NCBI GenBank assembly: GCA_951406725.2
Contig: OX597835.1
Coordinates: 9,610,001-9,674,000 of the forward strand
DNA: 64,000 nt
Direction of reading: 5' to 3'
Source: Octopus vulgaris
Lineage: Eukaryota
Shown one piece after another: positions 13,600 through 25,490 of this stretch (within the stretch, counting starts at the first letter, position 1; every line of letters begins with the position of its first letter). Made by a program: the position numbers and the translations under genes. The notes under the pieces are model-generated. The model had not been told where the DNA came from, did no database searches, and worked only from the letters and a program-made list of their open reading frames with translations.

Positions 13600-13690
13600 A
13601 CTTTTACTCTCTTTTACTTGTTTCAGTCATTTGACTGTGGCCATGCTGGAGCACCGCCTTTAGTCGAGCAAATCGACCCCAGGACATACT
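13600..13690 (-). mobile_element. 3' tail fragment of SINE family B
   Basis: Reverse complement of 14091-14165. Confidence 0.85.
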
Positions 13691-13797
13691 CTCAAATCAC
13701 CAGTGTATGGCTATAGACAAATAGTGTAAATGCCATTGCCTGGTATATCACGATGATGTTTTACGTAAGAATAAATTTAATTATGAATTAAAAGCAA

Positions 13798-14180
13798 AGA
13801 TGGCTGTGTGGTAAGTAGCTTGCTAACCAACCACATGGTTCCGGGTTCAGTCCCACTGCGTGGCATCTTGGGCAAGTGTCTTCTGCTATAGCCCCGGGCC
13901 GACCAATGCCTTGTGAGTGGATTTGGTAGACGGAAACTGAAAGAAGCCTGTCGTATATATGTATATATAAGTGTGTGTGTATATGTTTGTGTCTGTGTTT
14001 GTCCCCCTAGCACTGCTTGACAACCGATGCTGGTGTGTTCATGTCCCCGTTAGTTAGCGGTTCGGCAAAAGAGACCGATAGAATAAGTACTGGGGTCGAT
14101 TTGCTCGACTAAAGGCGGTGCTCCAGCATGGCCGCAGTCAAATGACTGAAACAAGTAAAAGAGTAAAAGAGTAAAGAGTA
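13798..14180 (+). mobile_element. SINE family B (tRNA head, CORE-like segment, internal TA/TG microsatellite)
   Basis: A box TGGCTGTGTGG, B box GGTTCAGTCCC, CTTGGGCAAGTGTCTT, internal microsatellite, tail (AAAGAGT)n; homologous to 21486, 22735 and 53875. Confidence 0.92.
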
Positions 14181-15747
14181 TACAGTTGTAAACATTATTA
14201 ACTGCACATAGTTAATGTATAATTTATGTTTGTTCGCCAGTATGCTGACGTATAACGTGGTGTCACTACGATTATAGCTTTGAAAAAATAACTGTTAAAA
14301 TCAAACTGCACACTATAAAACTTGCACTAAGAATAATATAAGATAAAATTACTACCTGCTTTTATAGCAAGTTGATGCAGGTAGTTTATCCTGATCCCTT
14401 CTGACTTTTACTTCATGCAACTGAAAAAAACCGCATTATTTATGGGATGACCCAACATATAAATAAATATATATGATATTAATAAAATACAACCTTTTTA
14501 AAACGTCTATCGGCAAGCTACTGACGGGATTTCATAATTGCTTGTTGATACATTATGCAATCTTAAGTTACCTCCTTAGTAATTATTCTTTTCTTTAAAA
14601 GAACATCAGTTCGAGCGATGTCTTAATTCTTGAGATTCTTTTTCCCTTTCTCGATTGAAAATCGTCGCAATCGCCACGAGGCATTTGTTATAGTGTATTG
14701 TAAAGAGAAGATGAATTTAATATATCAAAAATTTATCTTGTGTCATTTTTAACTTATCCTAATACATGTTAAACTTTTTATTAGAATTTTCCCCACGGAC
14801 AGAAGAAAAAATATACAGTAAAACATTTTTGTCAAGCTTCCTCTCCGCATACCATCGTCATTATCTAACAGAAGTGCATCTATTCTAGTACCAATACAAC
14901 TTGGTACCAACCGCTGTCGTTTCCATCAAACCACCGCCCTAGACTGATGCATTGTAATCGACCATGAAGTAATGAATTCAAAAGCAATCATGGTGAGATT
15001 TGAACTTTGAGTGCAAAGACTCGGAACAAGTGGTGCAAGTTACCCTATCCAACAGTTTAATAATTCTGTCCATTCACCAATTTAAAGAAGAGATAAATTC
15101 AATAAATGAAACAGAAATTCACAGCTAAATTAACAAAATTAGAAAAACACAACGATTAATCTTGCGCAAGGTGGAACACATACAATGTGCCATCGTTATT
15201 TTGAGCGTCATTAGCATAATACAGATTTCTTCATTTCAGCAAATAAGGAAAATTTAACAAATACAAAAATTGTTAAATACATTTTCTTGGTCAAGAATAA
15301 TTTGCAATATTAAAAATCAAGATGCTTCATGTTTTTCTCACCATATTAATTCAAGCGTGAAATTAATAGAGAATTCTTGAATTTATCGCTTTTTCTCTTT
15401 GACTGTTGCGGAAAAACTATCACAACATTATGATTTGATTGTATTGCTTATCTGCAAGGGAAATCTTTATGAAACAGAGATTTGTCGTGTAAGGAGTTCA
15501 GAGCTGTTCAATTTGCAACCCAAATTCATGCCGTTCACACCTTTCTTTCCATTTCTCCATCTTTTCTTTTAGATTCAGTGGTTTTAATTCTATACATTAC
15601 ATTCTAACAAAAACCTGATGAACACATTCGATATACGTTCGTTCTATTGTCCATGTCTGTGAGGACGAGTAAACAATATTATGCTGATCAGGCTTGCTTT
15701 CTATGTGTGAGTGTGCCTGTGTGTGTTTATACACAGTCACGTATTCG

Positions 15748-15778
<31 letters not shown>

Positions 15779-15867
15779 CATACATACACACACACATATA
15801 TATATATACGTATATGAATGCACACACATATGCGCCCACACACACGATATGTGTGTGTGTTTCTGTG

Positions 15868-15908
<41 letters not shown>

Positions 15909-16891
15909 ATATATATGTATGTGTGTATGTGTGCGTGAGTCTATATTTCAGTGTTCATGCATATATGCGTGATCAAACGTATTTACTTTCATCTTTTCAC
16001 AGTAACTCTATCTATATTTTATATTTTCCGCTTGGCGTATGGATGGCCTTCTCTCTAAGCACTCTGGTCTATAGATTCTAATTCATTCTACGTATCTTAT
16101 CGAAAATCTATTTAAATGCTTCTCATTCCTTAGTTCTTTGCAAGTTATTTCAATAAAGGCATAAGCTTTTGTGATGTGTGCGTGTAAGAACACGTGAGCC
16201 TATATGTGTAGTGTGTCGGTGGTTCTCTCTGATTGTGTGTTTCTAGACATGCGCAGACAATGCGAATTGATTAAGAATTTACATCGCAAAGATCAGGTCG
16301 CACGAGTTCCATCCTTACTCTCGGCATTTTGGGACAAATCATTTAAATTTCAGTTTTAGATCAATATTTGTGAAAGAATTTTTGCTGAAGCAAACTAATT
16401 CAATACTATTTCTATTAATAGTACCTGAAAATGATTACAATTGAAAAGCCCAAGCCAGAGCAGATGCTGTCGGACACATTCCACCTAGGGAGTAAGTTGT
16501 GGGTCTATGGATCTGCCTGTGGATTACGCAGCCACTTACACGACAATTCAATGAAGGGGTAATTTTCTTTGTCGAAAATAGGGAACAGTCATCGTCGGGA
16601 TCAATAGACTTATTTTATTGTGTATGTGTGTGAGAGAGCATGTGTGTGTATGTGTATGTATGTCATGTTGCACAGGTTGCCGTAACATGTGTCGTTATAT
16701 TTATAGAAAAATAAGACTCGGCCACCGTAAAAAACTGGTCCTTTGTTTTCGATCCCAAATGAATAGAAGGAACAATGGACCGCGTATAAATGTCAGCTAA
16801 AAGAGCTACGATGATTACCGCAAAGCGGTCTGAATCTACCAACGATCTAACTACACTACAACTGCCGATTATCTGCCATATACATACACAC

Positions 16892-16928
<37 letters not shown>

Positions 16929-16932
<4 letters not shown>

Positions 16933-17158
16933 TAATAAGATATTAGGGAATAAATCCAAATTTACAGGGAAAAATCAGGTTTAGGATTAAATCCAATTTT
17001 ATAGTATAAATATATTATATTATATTATAATAAATTAGAGATAAAACCACTATTAGGCAAATCAAACAATGAAAAACATAAGCCAATACATAAAATTAAT
17101 TAATTTATATTATTTTAAATATATATCAAAAGTATTAAAAGTTTAATAAAAGATAAAA

Positions 17159-17160
<2 letters not shown>
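16929..17160 (-). mobile_element. AT-rich (TA)n-inserted element, family P1 (Penelope-like pLTR fragment)
   Basis: Flanked by (TA)n; 17030-17156 is nearly identical to 29080-29204, which continues into a hammerhead; also matches 39870-40038 and 43864-44017. Confidence 0.75.
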
Positions 17161-17207
<47 letters not shown>

Positions 17208-17466
17208 CAGAGTCAACAGATGAAATCCAGATATCAATATAGAAAAAGCTCAGTAGCATTCAAATGATTTGAACCCCAGAAACAGCTGTCTGACTTGTAA
17301 TACCCTCTCCATATTAATTTTCTGTGGGTTTGCTTTCTGTGTAAATTTCGGCTATCGATACATATATACCTGCATATTTTCAGTTGTATGTATGTATGTA
17401 TGTATGTATGTATGCATGTATGCATGTATCCATGCGTGTGCATATATGTTTGTATTATGCATATAT

Positions 17467-17700
17467 GTTTCTTTATTACCCACAAGGGGCTAAACATAGA
17501 GGGGACAAACAAGGACAGACAAATGAATTAAGTCGATTACATCGACCCCAGTGCTTTACTGGTGCTTAATTTATCGACCCCGAAAGGATGAAAGGCATAG
17601 CCGACCGCGGCGGAATTTGAACTCAGAACGTAGCGGCAGACGAAATACGGCTACGCATGTCGCCCGGCGTGCTAACGTTTCTGCCAGCACGCCGCCTTAA
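17467..17700 (-). mobile_element. Full-length SINE family A (tail 1) with 16 bp TSD
   Basis: TSD TGTATTATGCATATAT at 17451-17466 and 17702-17717. Confidence 0.92.
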
Positions 17701-17948
17701 ATGTATTATGCATATATACGTGTGCATGTATGTATAGGCTGTATATATTGATAAAAAGGAGGTAGTCATAATTTTGGATAAATAATCTATTGACGACTTT
17801 CATCTGTTTTACAGAGATTCATCATGACTGACTTTTTTTTCTAATGTGAGTCAGTTGAAAACATCTGCAATAGAATTTGGAAGAGAATTTCTTTGTTAAT
17901 TTGAGTTTATATTTGTGCATATTTGTATGTGTGAGTGTTTGTGGTTAA

Positions 17949-18256
17949 CCTCTTACCCGGCAGAAACGAATATATGCGTTTTGACCGAAATCGTTTTTTT
18001 CCATCTCTGGCGAGTTAACTCGTCAAAAGATAGACTCGCCAAAATCGACAGCAAACGAGTTCCTTCGTCTAAAAACGGGTTAACTCGTTTCTGCCCAATG
18101 CCGTAATTTAAAATCAATATTATTGAATTAAAATTCATAATAAATAAGTTTTGAAATATACCTCGAAATCACCATTCAAAACATAGTAAAATAAAACAAT
18201 TAAAAAATATGTCTGAAAAAATACATTTATTTTCAAAATAATTGTTGGGTAAGGGG
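17949..18256. mobile_element. piggyBac-like MITE
   Basis: TTAA-CCTCTTACCC ... GGGTAAGGGG-TTAA: TTAA TSD at 17945-17948 and 18257-18260, 10 bp TIR with one mismatch, internal IR GGCAGAAACGA/TCGTTTCTGCC. Confidence 0.8.
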
Positions 18257-18939
18257 TTAAGTATTGGAGGCTTGATTAGAGGGAGAAAAAAGAAAAACAA
18301 CACGGAAGAATGACAGAAAGAAAGAAAGAAAGAAAGAAAAAAGGAAAGAAAGAAAGATGGAAAGAAAGGGTTTACTTCTGTGATGGTGGAAATTGTATGA
18401 TACTTCTTGATCAGTTGTCACGCTACAAAGCCTTAGAAAGGTATGCTTTCCTGGAACGGTCGAAATGAATGAAAGTTCAAGAGATCAGTATTCTTTTAGT
18501 CATTGTAATTTTCTGTCTGCTAACCAACTGTGGACAATAGATTCTACCAAAATTGCGTGCTTGAGTGTATGTGTGTTTGTGTGTGTGAGAGAGAGAAAGA
18601 GAGAGAGCGTGTGTGTATATGTGTTGGCAGGTTGGTTTAAGTGAATGTTTCCAGTGACTTTAGCATTTTAATAAGTGAAAGCATTTTAATAAGGACCTTT
18701 CACGTGTTCATACAAATATATATTTTCTTTTTTCTTTGACATACGTTTAGCTTATCTTCTGTCTTTGGTCTTTTATATGTTTCAGTGATGAGACGGCGGA
18801 CATGCTGGGGCAATGCCTCGAGAAACTTTTAATCGAATGAATCGACCCCAGCACTTATGATTTTAATAAGCTATGTTGCGGGGCTGTAAACACACCAACA
18901 CCGGTTGTCAAGTAATACTGGGAAACAAACACTGACACA

Positions 18940-19008
<69 letters not shown>

Positions 19009-19009
<1 letters not shown>

Positions 19010-19241
19010 TTGATTCGCTAGTCTCTGCACGCATATTTTTTTCTCTCCTTCTTTCTGTGTTTTTTCTCTGTGTATCTTTCTGTTGAAGAGCGTAGGCTCG
19101 AAACGTTAAAGACTTGTTTTATTTATATTTCCTGAGCGCCATACTAATACAATTGTTTGTTTGTATTCCACCTGCCTTCATCTTTTGTTTATTTCCGTAA
19201 ACCTGCCTTCGTCTTTTGTCTATTTTCATAAAGCTTCCCTT

Positions 19242-19242
<1 letters not shown>
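19009..19242 (+). mobile_element. ~230 bp (TA)n-inserted element, family P2, hammerhead-bearing
   Basis: Homologous to 35556-35753 (opposite strand), 36044-36222 and 59395-59586; each abuts (TA)n. Confidence 0.85.
19075..19112 (+). ncRNA. Minimal type I hammerhead motif, variant core CUGUUGA
   Basis: UCUUU-CUGUUGA-A-GAGC-guag-GCUC-GAAA-CG-UU|AAAGA: 5 bp stem I, 4 bp stem II, palindromic AACGUU stem III. Confidence 0.65.
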
Positions 19243-19292
<50 letters not shown>

Positions 19293-19924
19293 CGGGCTTT
19301 TTTCAGGTTCCGGCAATCACATCTACTCACAAACCATTGGTCGCCCGAGATCATAGTAGAAAACACTTGCCCACGTGGTTGGAAAGCATGCATCTTTCCA
19401 CACAGTCCCGCATGTGTCTTAGGTAAGAGTGTCTTCATTAAATGCCGTTTCATTGACTTCCGGTATTGTCATTAATTTCAACTATCCCAGAAAAATTTAC
19501 CTTTCTACTGCTGGGTGGCATAACAATTGACCAAGATATATATGGAAGCTTCAACCAACTGAGGAAAAAAAGACCCTTTTCTCTCTTTTCTTCTTCTTGC
19601 CAATCTTTCGTTCTTCTTGCTTTTCGTTCTTTCGTTTTTGGTACTTCTTCCCTCTGATCAAGCGTTCAAAATTTCACCACAAACATACGTGCTTATATAC
19701 ATTCATACACACCTATATATACATGCAGAGAGAGAGAGAAAAAAAGAGAGAGAGAGAGAGACAGAGACAGACAGAGAGAGAGATTCAAAATAACAAAGAC
19801 CATTCTATTCCCCGTTGCCTTCCAGATATAAAATCATAAAAACAAAATCATTAATGATGAATCTCTGAAAAGAGATAAAAGCGCTAAATGATTAATTAGC
19901 AAAACTTCTGACTGTCAATTTTTC

Positions 19925-20002
<78 letters not shown>

Positions 20003-20031
20003 ATATATATGTATGTATGCATGATTATATA

Positions 20032-20087
<56 letters not shown>

Positions 20088-20758
20088 CATGATTATCTAT
20101 ATATATATATATATATATATATACCGGTACACATATTCCATCTGTATTCGTAACGTTTCAATCATTCCGTACAATTCCGCGAGAAAAAAGACATGTCGCG
20201 GCTTTTGCAACAAACTTTTCGTAGTACCAGATTTAATCAATTTGTCCATTAAATTTGCTGGTTGGTCATTGTTAGGTTTTATCGACGTAAATTGCCATGT
20301 GACATCTGTTAATTGAATATTGGTCGATACCATAATGTAATCTCTTTAATGTTCACCATAATCCTTAGTTCAATCCTGTACCGAATCGCGATATTAAGTA
20401 TTTAGGTCAGTGTCATTTCAGATAATATATTCCAGGATATATTCTAAACTCTCTTCTGTTATCTGTAACCTATTACAGAATGACGGATTTCCAAAAATAC
20501 TTATCCAGAAATACCTGCAGCGAATGTAATTACTCCATTAGGCTATGGTCAAAGACTTTTTGTCCACTGCAAGATTAATCCACGCATTTCTCTATTTGGA
20601 ATTTCTTTAATAAAAGCCCAAAACACACATTCTAAAACTACTAATTTTTTCCCAGAGTATAACATAGTTAAAACGAAACTATAAAAAAAAAGTCTTTCTT
20701 ATCAGAATAAAGCCCACCACCACCAACACCACCACCAATCTATCTCTATCTCTCACTA

Positions 20759-21101
20759 CACTCGCCTCCTTATGTGAGCTCAAAATCGCTCGTGGAAGCG
20801 CCATCCCAACCAAAATGCAAATATATGGGAAATTACCACCTGTGTCATCTCTTGTGAAAGGTAGAAGAGTCCAGTTTGCTGGACATTGTTGTAGAGCTGA
20901 AAAAGAAGTAATCTCTACTCTTCTCCTCTGGAAGCCATCTACTCGCAATACCAGAGGGCGCACACTCTCCTACCCTGATGTAATCTCCAGGGATACAGGC
21001 ATCCAGCAACAGGACCTCCGTAATGCTATCATGGACCGTGAAGTCTGGCGTAACATAGTAAATTCCATTGTCTCGACCACGGTCGAACAATGATGATGAT
21101 G
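20759..21101 (+). mobile_element. RTE-like LINE, 5'-truncated 3' end with (TGA)n tail and 11 bp TSD
   Basis: ORF 20815-21093 has RRVQFAGHCCR..LLWKP..RGR..DREVWR, the typical RTE C-terminus; stop runs into TGATGATGA; TSD ATCTCTCACTA at 20748-20758 and 21102-21112. Confidence 0.9.
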
Positions 21102-21485
21102 ATCTCTCACTATAATAATAATGGAATTTTTACAAAAGAGACCAGCATCGAAACCAACTTCCCTCGTTTTGTCGAAACAGACATTTTAAAAAGTACATCA
21201 TATTTTGTAGACTAGTGTTTATTCCAAAACATTTGAAAGCCTAAACAAGAAATAATCTTGCATAAAATGTTCTTTCATATAATGATCGATTTCATTTTCC
21301 AATCTATTATATTTTATTTCAACTGCAGGCTATTTTAAAAGCCAACACATCGTCGTTGTCTTTCATAGCCATCGACATGTAACTGTATTTCTACTTATAT
21401 ATATTTTATAGCTGCGGAAATACACAGAGTTAGATGTCGCCATGTAAATTCGAAGTCCTTCGAAGGGAAAACTGTTTCTCTTTTT

Positions 21486-21703
21486 CTCTTTACTCTTTTA
21501 CTTGTTTCAGTCATTTGACTGCGGCCATGCTGGAGCACCGCCTTTTAGTCGAGCAACTCGACCCCGGGACTTATTCTTTGTAAGCCCAGTACTTATTCTA
21601 TCGGTCTCTTTTGCCGAACCGCTAAGTGACGGGGACGTAAACACACCAGCATCGGTTGTCAAGCAATGCTAGGGAGACAATCACAGACACACAAACACAC
21701 ACA

Positions 21704-21744
<41 letters not shown>

Positions 21745-21902
21745 GACGGGCTTCTTTCAGTTTCCGTCTACCAAATCCACTCACAAGGCTTTGGTCGGCC
21801 CGAGGCTATAGCAGAAGACACTTGCCCAAGGTGCCACGCAGTGGGACTGAACCCGGAATCATGTGGTTGGTAAACAAGCTACTTACCACACAGCCACTCC
21901 TG
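21486..21902 (-). mobile_element. Full-length SINE family B
   Basis: Reverse complement of the 13798-14180 structure including the internal (TA)n. Confidence 0.92.
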
Positions 21903-22084
21903 TGTTTGTCCATAATCTAATAGTATGTATTAAATCAACCAGTTAATTAGTCATTCCTATAACTTCATATGTCCTTATTTCAGTGCCTCGTTATATAATC
22001 AACTCATCAGCTATGTCACGTGTTGAGTAAATTATTAGGAAATAGGAAAAGAAGTATTTTTATTACATTATTTTGAAATACTGG

Positions 22085-22650
22085 GGCGGTGAGCTGGCAG
22101 AAACGTTAGCGCGCCGAGTGAAAGCCTGAGCGGTATTTTGTCTGCCATTACGTTCTGAGTTCAAATTCCGCTGAGGTCGACTTTGTCTTTCTTCCTTTCG
22201 GGGTCGATTGAATAAGTACCAGTTACGCACTGGGGTCGATATAAACGACGTAATCTGTTTGTCTGTCTTTGTTTGTCCTCTCTGTATTTAGCCCCTTGTG
22301 GGTAGTAAAGAAATAGGTATTTCGTCTACCGTTACGTTCTGAGTTCAAATTCCGCCGAGGTCGACTTTGTCTTTCTTCCTTTTGGGGTCGATTAAATAAG
22401 TACCAGTAACGCACTGGGGTCGATATAAACGACGTAATCTGTTTGTCTGTCTTTGTTTGTCCTCTCTGTGTTTAGCCCCTTGTGGGTAGTAAAGAAATAG
22501 GTATTTTTTGTCTGTTTGTACCTTCTGGGTTCAAATTCCACCGAGATCGAATTTTGGGGTCGATGCACTAGTTGCGTTCTGGAATCTATGTAATCAACTG
22601 GCACCCTCCCCCAAAATTTCGGGCTTTGTGGCTAGAGTAGAAAAGCTTAT
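22085..22650 (+). mobile_element. Head-to-tail array of SINE family A units
   Basis: One head, then two ~185 bp units each ending AAAGAAATA and restarting at GGTATTT; the third unit is older and has tail 2. Confidence 0.88.
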
Positions 22651-22734
22651 TTTAGTATTTTTGAAGTAACAAAGAAACGTTCGTTTGGATTTTTTTCTTA
22701 TATTTCTTCGTCATATCTTTCTTTTTCTTTTTTT

Positions 22735-23134
22735 TTTTTTGCTTGTTTCAGTAATTTGACTGCGGCCATGCTGGAGCACCGCCTTTAGTCGAGCAAATCC
22801 ACCCCAGGACTTATTCTTTGTAAGCCCAGTACTTATTCTATCGGTCTCTTTTGCCGAACTGCTAAGTGACGGGGACGTATACACACCAGCATCGGTTGTC
22901 AAGCAATGCTAGGGGGACAAACACAGACACACAAACACACACACGCATACATATATATATATACATATATACGGCGGGCTTTATTCAGTTTCCGTCTACC
23001 AAATCCACTCACAAGGCTTCGGTCGGCCCGAGGATATAGTAGAAGACACTTGACCAAGGTACCACGCAGTGGGACTGAACCCGGAACCATGTGGTTGGTA
23101 AACAAGCTACTTACCACACAGCCACTCCTGCGCC
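22735..23134 (-). mobile_element. Full-length SINE family B
   Basis: Same structure as 21486-21902. Confidence 0.92.
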
Positions 23135-24400
23135 CAATGTTGACGTTGTTTGTGGTGATTTGTTTCTGTTGTTGTTCAACCATCAGGACAGCCTGACCTG
23201 AGAAGATTTATAAAATCAAGTCAATCTACCCCTGAACATCACGTCTTTATCATTAAATGCTGTGCCCTGAGATACATTCACGTAATAAGGCAGCACCATC
23301 ACGTTCTTGAGTTGCTCGACACACGTTTCTGAATTTCATGTACACATACACACATATACAAATCCACTCACTCCTACATACATGCATACAATACATATAT
23401 ATATACATGCGCAATCGTGTGTGAGTGTGTGTGTGTGTGTGTGTGATCGTGCGTGCCTCATCTCAAGACTAATATAAAAGATTCTTGTCCAAAGTACGGC
23501 GCATTTAGTTTCTTTCTGGATTCAGGTGATTGCCATGTGATCTTTTTAATTAATCATACATCATTCCTCTTTTTATTTGAAATAGGAAAGGAGATCTTTA
23601 ACACTAGATACCCTTACTAATCGACGACAGAGTAAGTTTTGAAACGTTAAAAATGGCTAAAAATCAACTAATATTCTATTCGATATTTAGATTCCTCTTT
23701 ACCAAAATATGTTCAAGCGTGGTTTGCGGTTGGCACCACCAAAATGATAAGCTAAACGCTCTATTCTTTACAGAATCGATTAGACAACTTCACAACCAGT
23801 ATTCGTCTGTGTATTTAAGTCCAAACAAAATTGTTACTATGAAAAAATGTTGATAAGGAATTTAATTTCAATAAAATTAATTGGTTCTCAATTATTAATC
23901 TCAATATATTGTTTTATTTTTCCATTCATTTTATAACAATCAATACATTGTTAGCTTTTAGATGTAATATAGTGTATTACGGAATTCTTTCTACAATTTT
24001 AGCTAATCACTGACTTTCTTGTAAGCCATCAAGCTGTGCTAAGCTTCAACCTTGTATATCTGTGAATGATATGAGTCGAGAAATCACATGTGTTTTTAAA
24101 ACTATGACGGTTTGAGAGAACTATCATTTGCATGAATCCCCAAACCCAATAAATGAAAATAAAAATAAGTACGTTTTTAAATATTTGTTTTTTTACTTAT
24201 TAAACAAACTAAATCTATTTTTTTTTGCAGAGAGCATAGTTTTCGCATCATCAATTGATACACGTAAGCAAAACGTTACAGAATAACTAGTAGATATGTT
24301 TTGATATCTCCCCAAGAAACAAATAAACCCAAATCAAAGATAGTTTCAAATGACATTTCGACATTTTCAAATTGATTGGATTTTATTGAAGTCATTATTG

Positions 24401-24670
24401 TACGAGGGGAATTCCAGAAGGTTTGAAGCATTTGTAGGAGGGTTAGTTATAATTACCCTAGATTATTGTAACTTTATGTATGTCATTGCCATATATCTTA
24501 TGAGCCGAGCTGCCAACATTTCTTATTCCAGATTAAAGAGACGGCGGTAACAGCACCTTGAATAAGCCCTAATACATACTGCTTGTCACAACTGACAAGT
24601 TCGCAAAATGCAATCGGGACATGAAAACAATTTGGAACCGCGTCATGCAATGAAGCTTTGTGAAAACCTT
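24401..24670 (+). mobile_element. Mariner 5' remnant
   Basis: Starts TA-CGAGGG (mariner-type TIR start); ATG at ~24608 gives MQSGHENNLEPRHAMKLCENL, resembling the mariner N-terminal LEQR.AIKFC.KL. Confidence 0.6.
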
Positions 24671-25049
24671 CGCACTTTGAAGGAGATTATTTGTCAGTTT
24701 TATACCACGTGTTCACTCAGTTTCTTTGTCACAAGTTTTTTTGTACCCTATTCCATTCTTTGTTTCTATATCTAGGGCAGGTACTACTGGAATCATTACG
24801 TATAATGTTATCTAATTTCTTTCTACCCCAACCCCAACCCTGTATACGCGAACCCTATATTTCTGATCATATCCAGAAAATTGCTCGCGGTGCGTGAAGT
24901 TCTGTATATGGTTTTTCGTTTCATAGGGTTCGCATAGTGGGGAAACATTGTTCATTATTCTAAATAAGTCGTCTATCAGTTTGTTAATTTTCATATTTTG
25001 TGACAAAGCTGAGTTCTTGTGAACGACATATTTTGAAGGAAATTTTATT

Positions 25050-25201
25050 TTAGGAAAATAAAATTAAGAAACAAGTGGAAATTTTACCGGCGAGCGTTTT
25101 AAATTATAAGGCACAAAAAGAAAATGACTCTCCCCAGACACAACAGAATATGCTTCAACACACCAGCTCACATAATGAATCTTGTAAACCAAATCCCAAA
25201 A

Positions 25202-25203
<2 letters not shown>
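25050..25203. mobile_element. (TA)n-abutting repeat, family P3
   Basis: Homologous to both arms of the inverted pair at 59182-59395. Confidence 0.6.
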
Positions 25204-25253
<50 letters not shown>

Positions 25254-25256
25254 GAA

Positions 25257-25304
<48 letters not shown>

Positions 25305-25307
25305 TTT

Positions 25308-25490
25308 AATTCTTTATTGCCCACAAGGAGCATAGAGGAGACAAACAAGGATAGACAAATGGATTAAGTCGATTACATCGGCCCCAGTGCGTAACTGGTA
25401 CTTATTTAATCGACCCCGAAAGGATGAAAGGCAAAGTCGACCTCGGCGGAATTTGAACTCAGAACGTAGCGGAAGACGAAATACCGTTAA
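25308..25490 (-). mobile_element. SINE family A (tail 1), 5'-truncated
   Basis: Near-identical to part of 52092-52324. Confidence 0.88.

Larger units (their letters stand above)
18770..19410 (-). mobile_element. Degenerate SINE family B interrupted in its internal (TA)n by a P2 element
   Basis: Tail at 18770-18940 and head at 19290-19410 (GACGGGCTTTTTTCAG...) lie either side of the insert. Confidence 0.75.

Noticed and set aside
13606-14165. 75 bp inverted repeats as TIRs of a DNA transposon
   Set aside because: They are two SINE B tails in opposite orientation.
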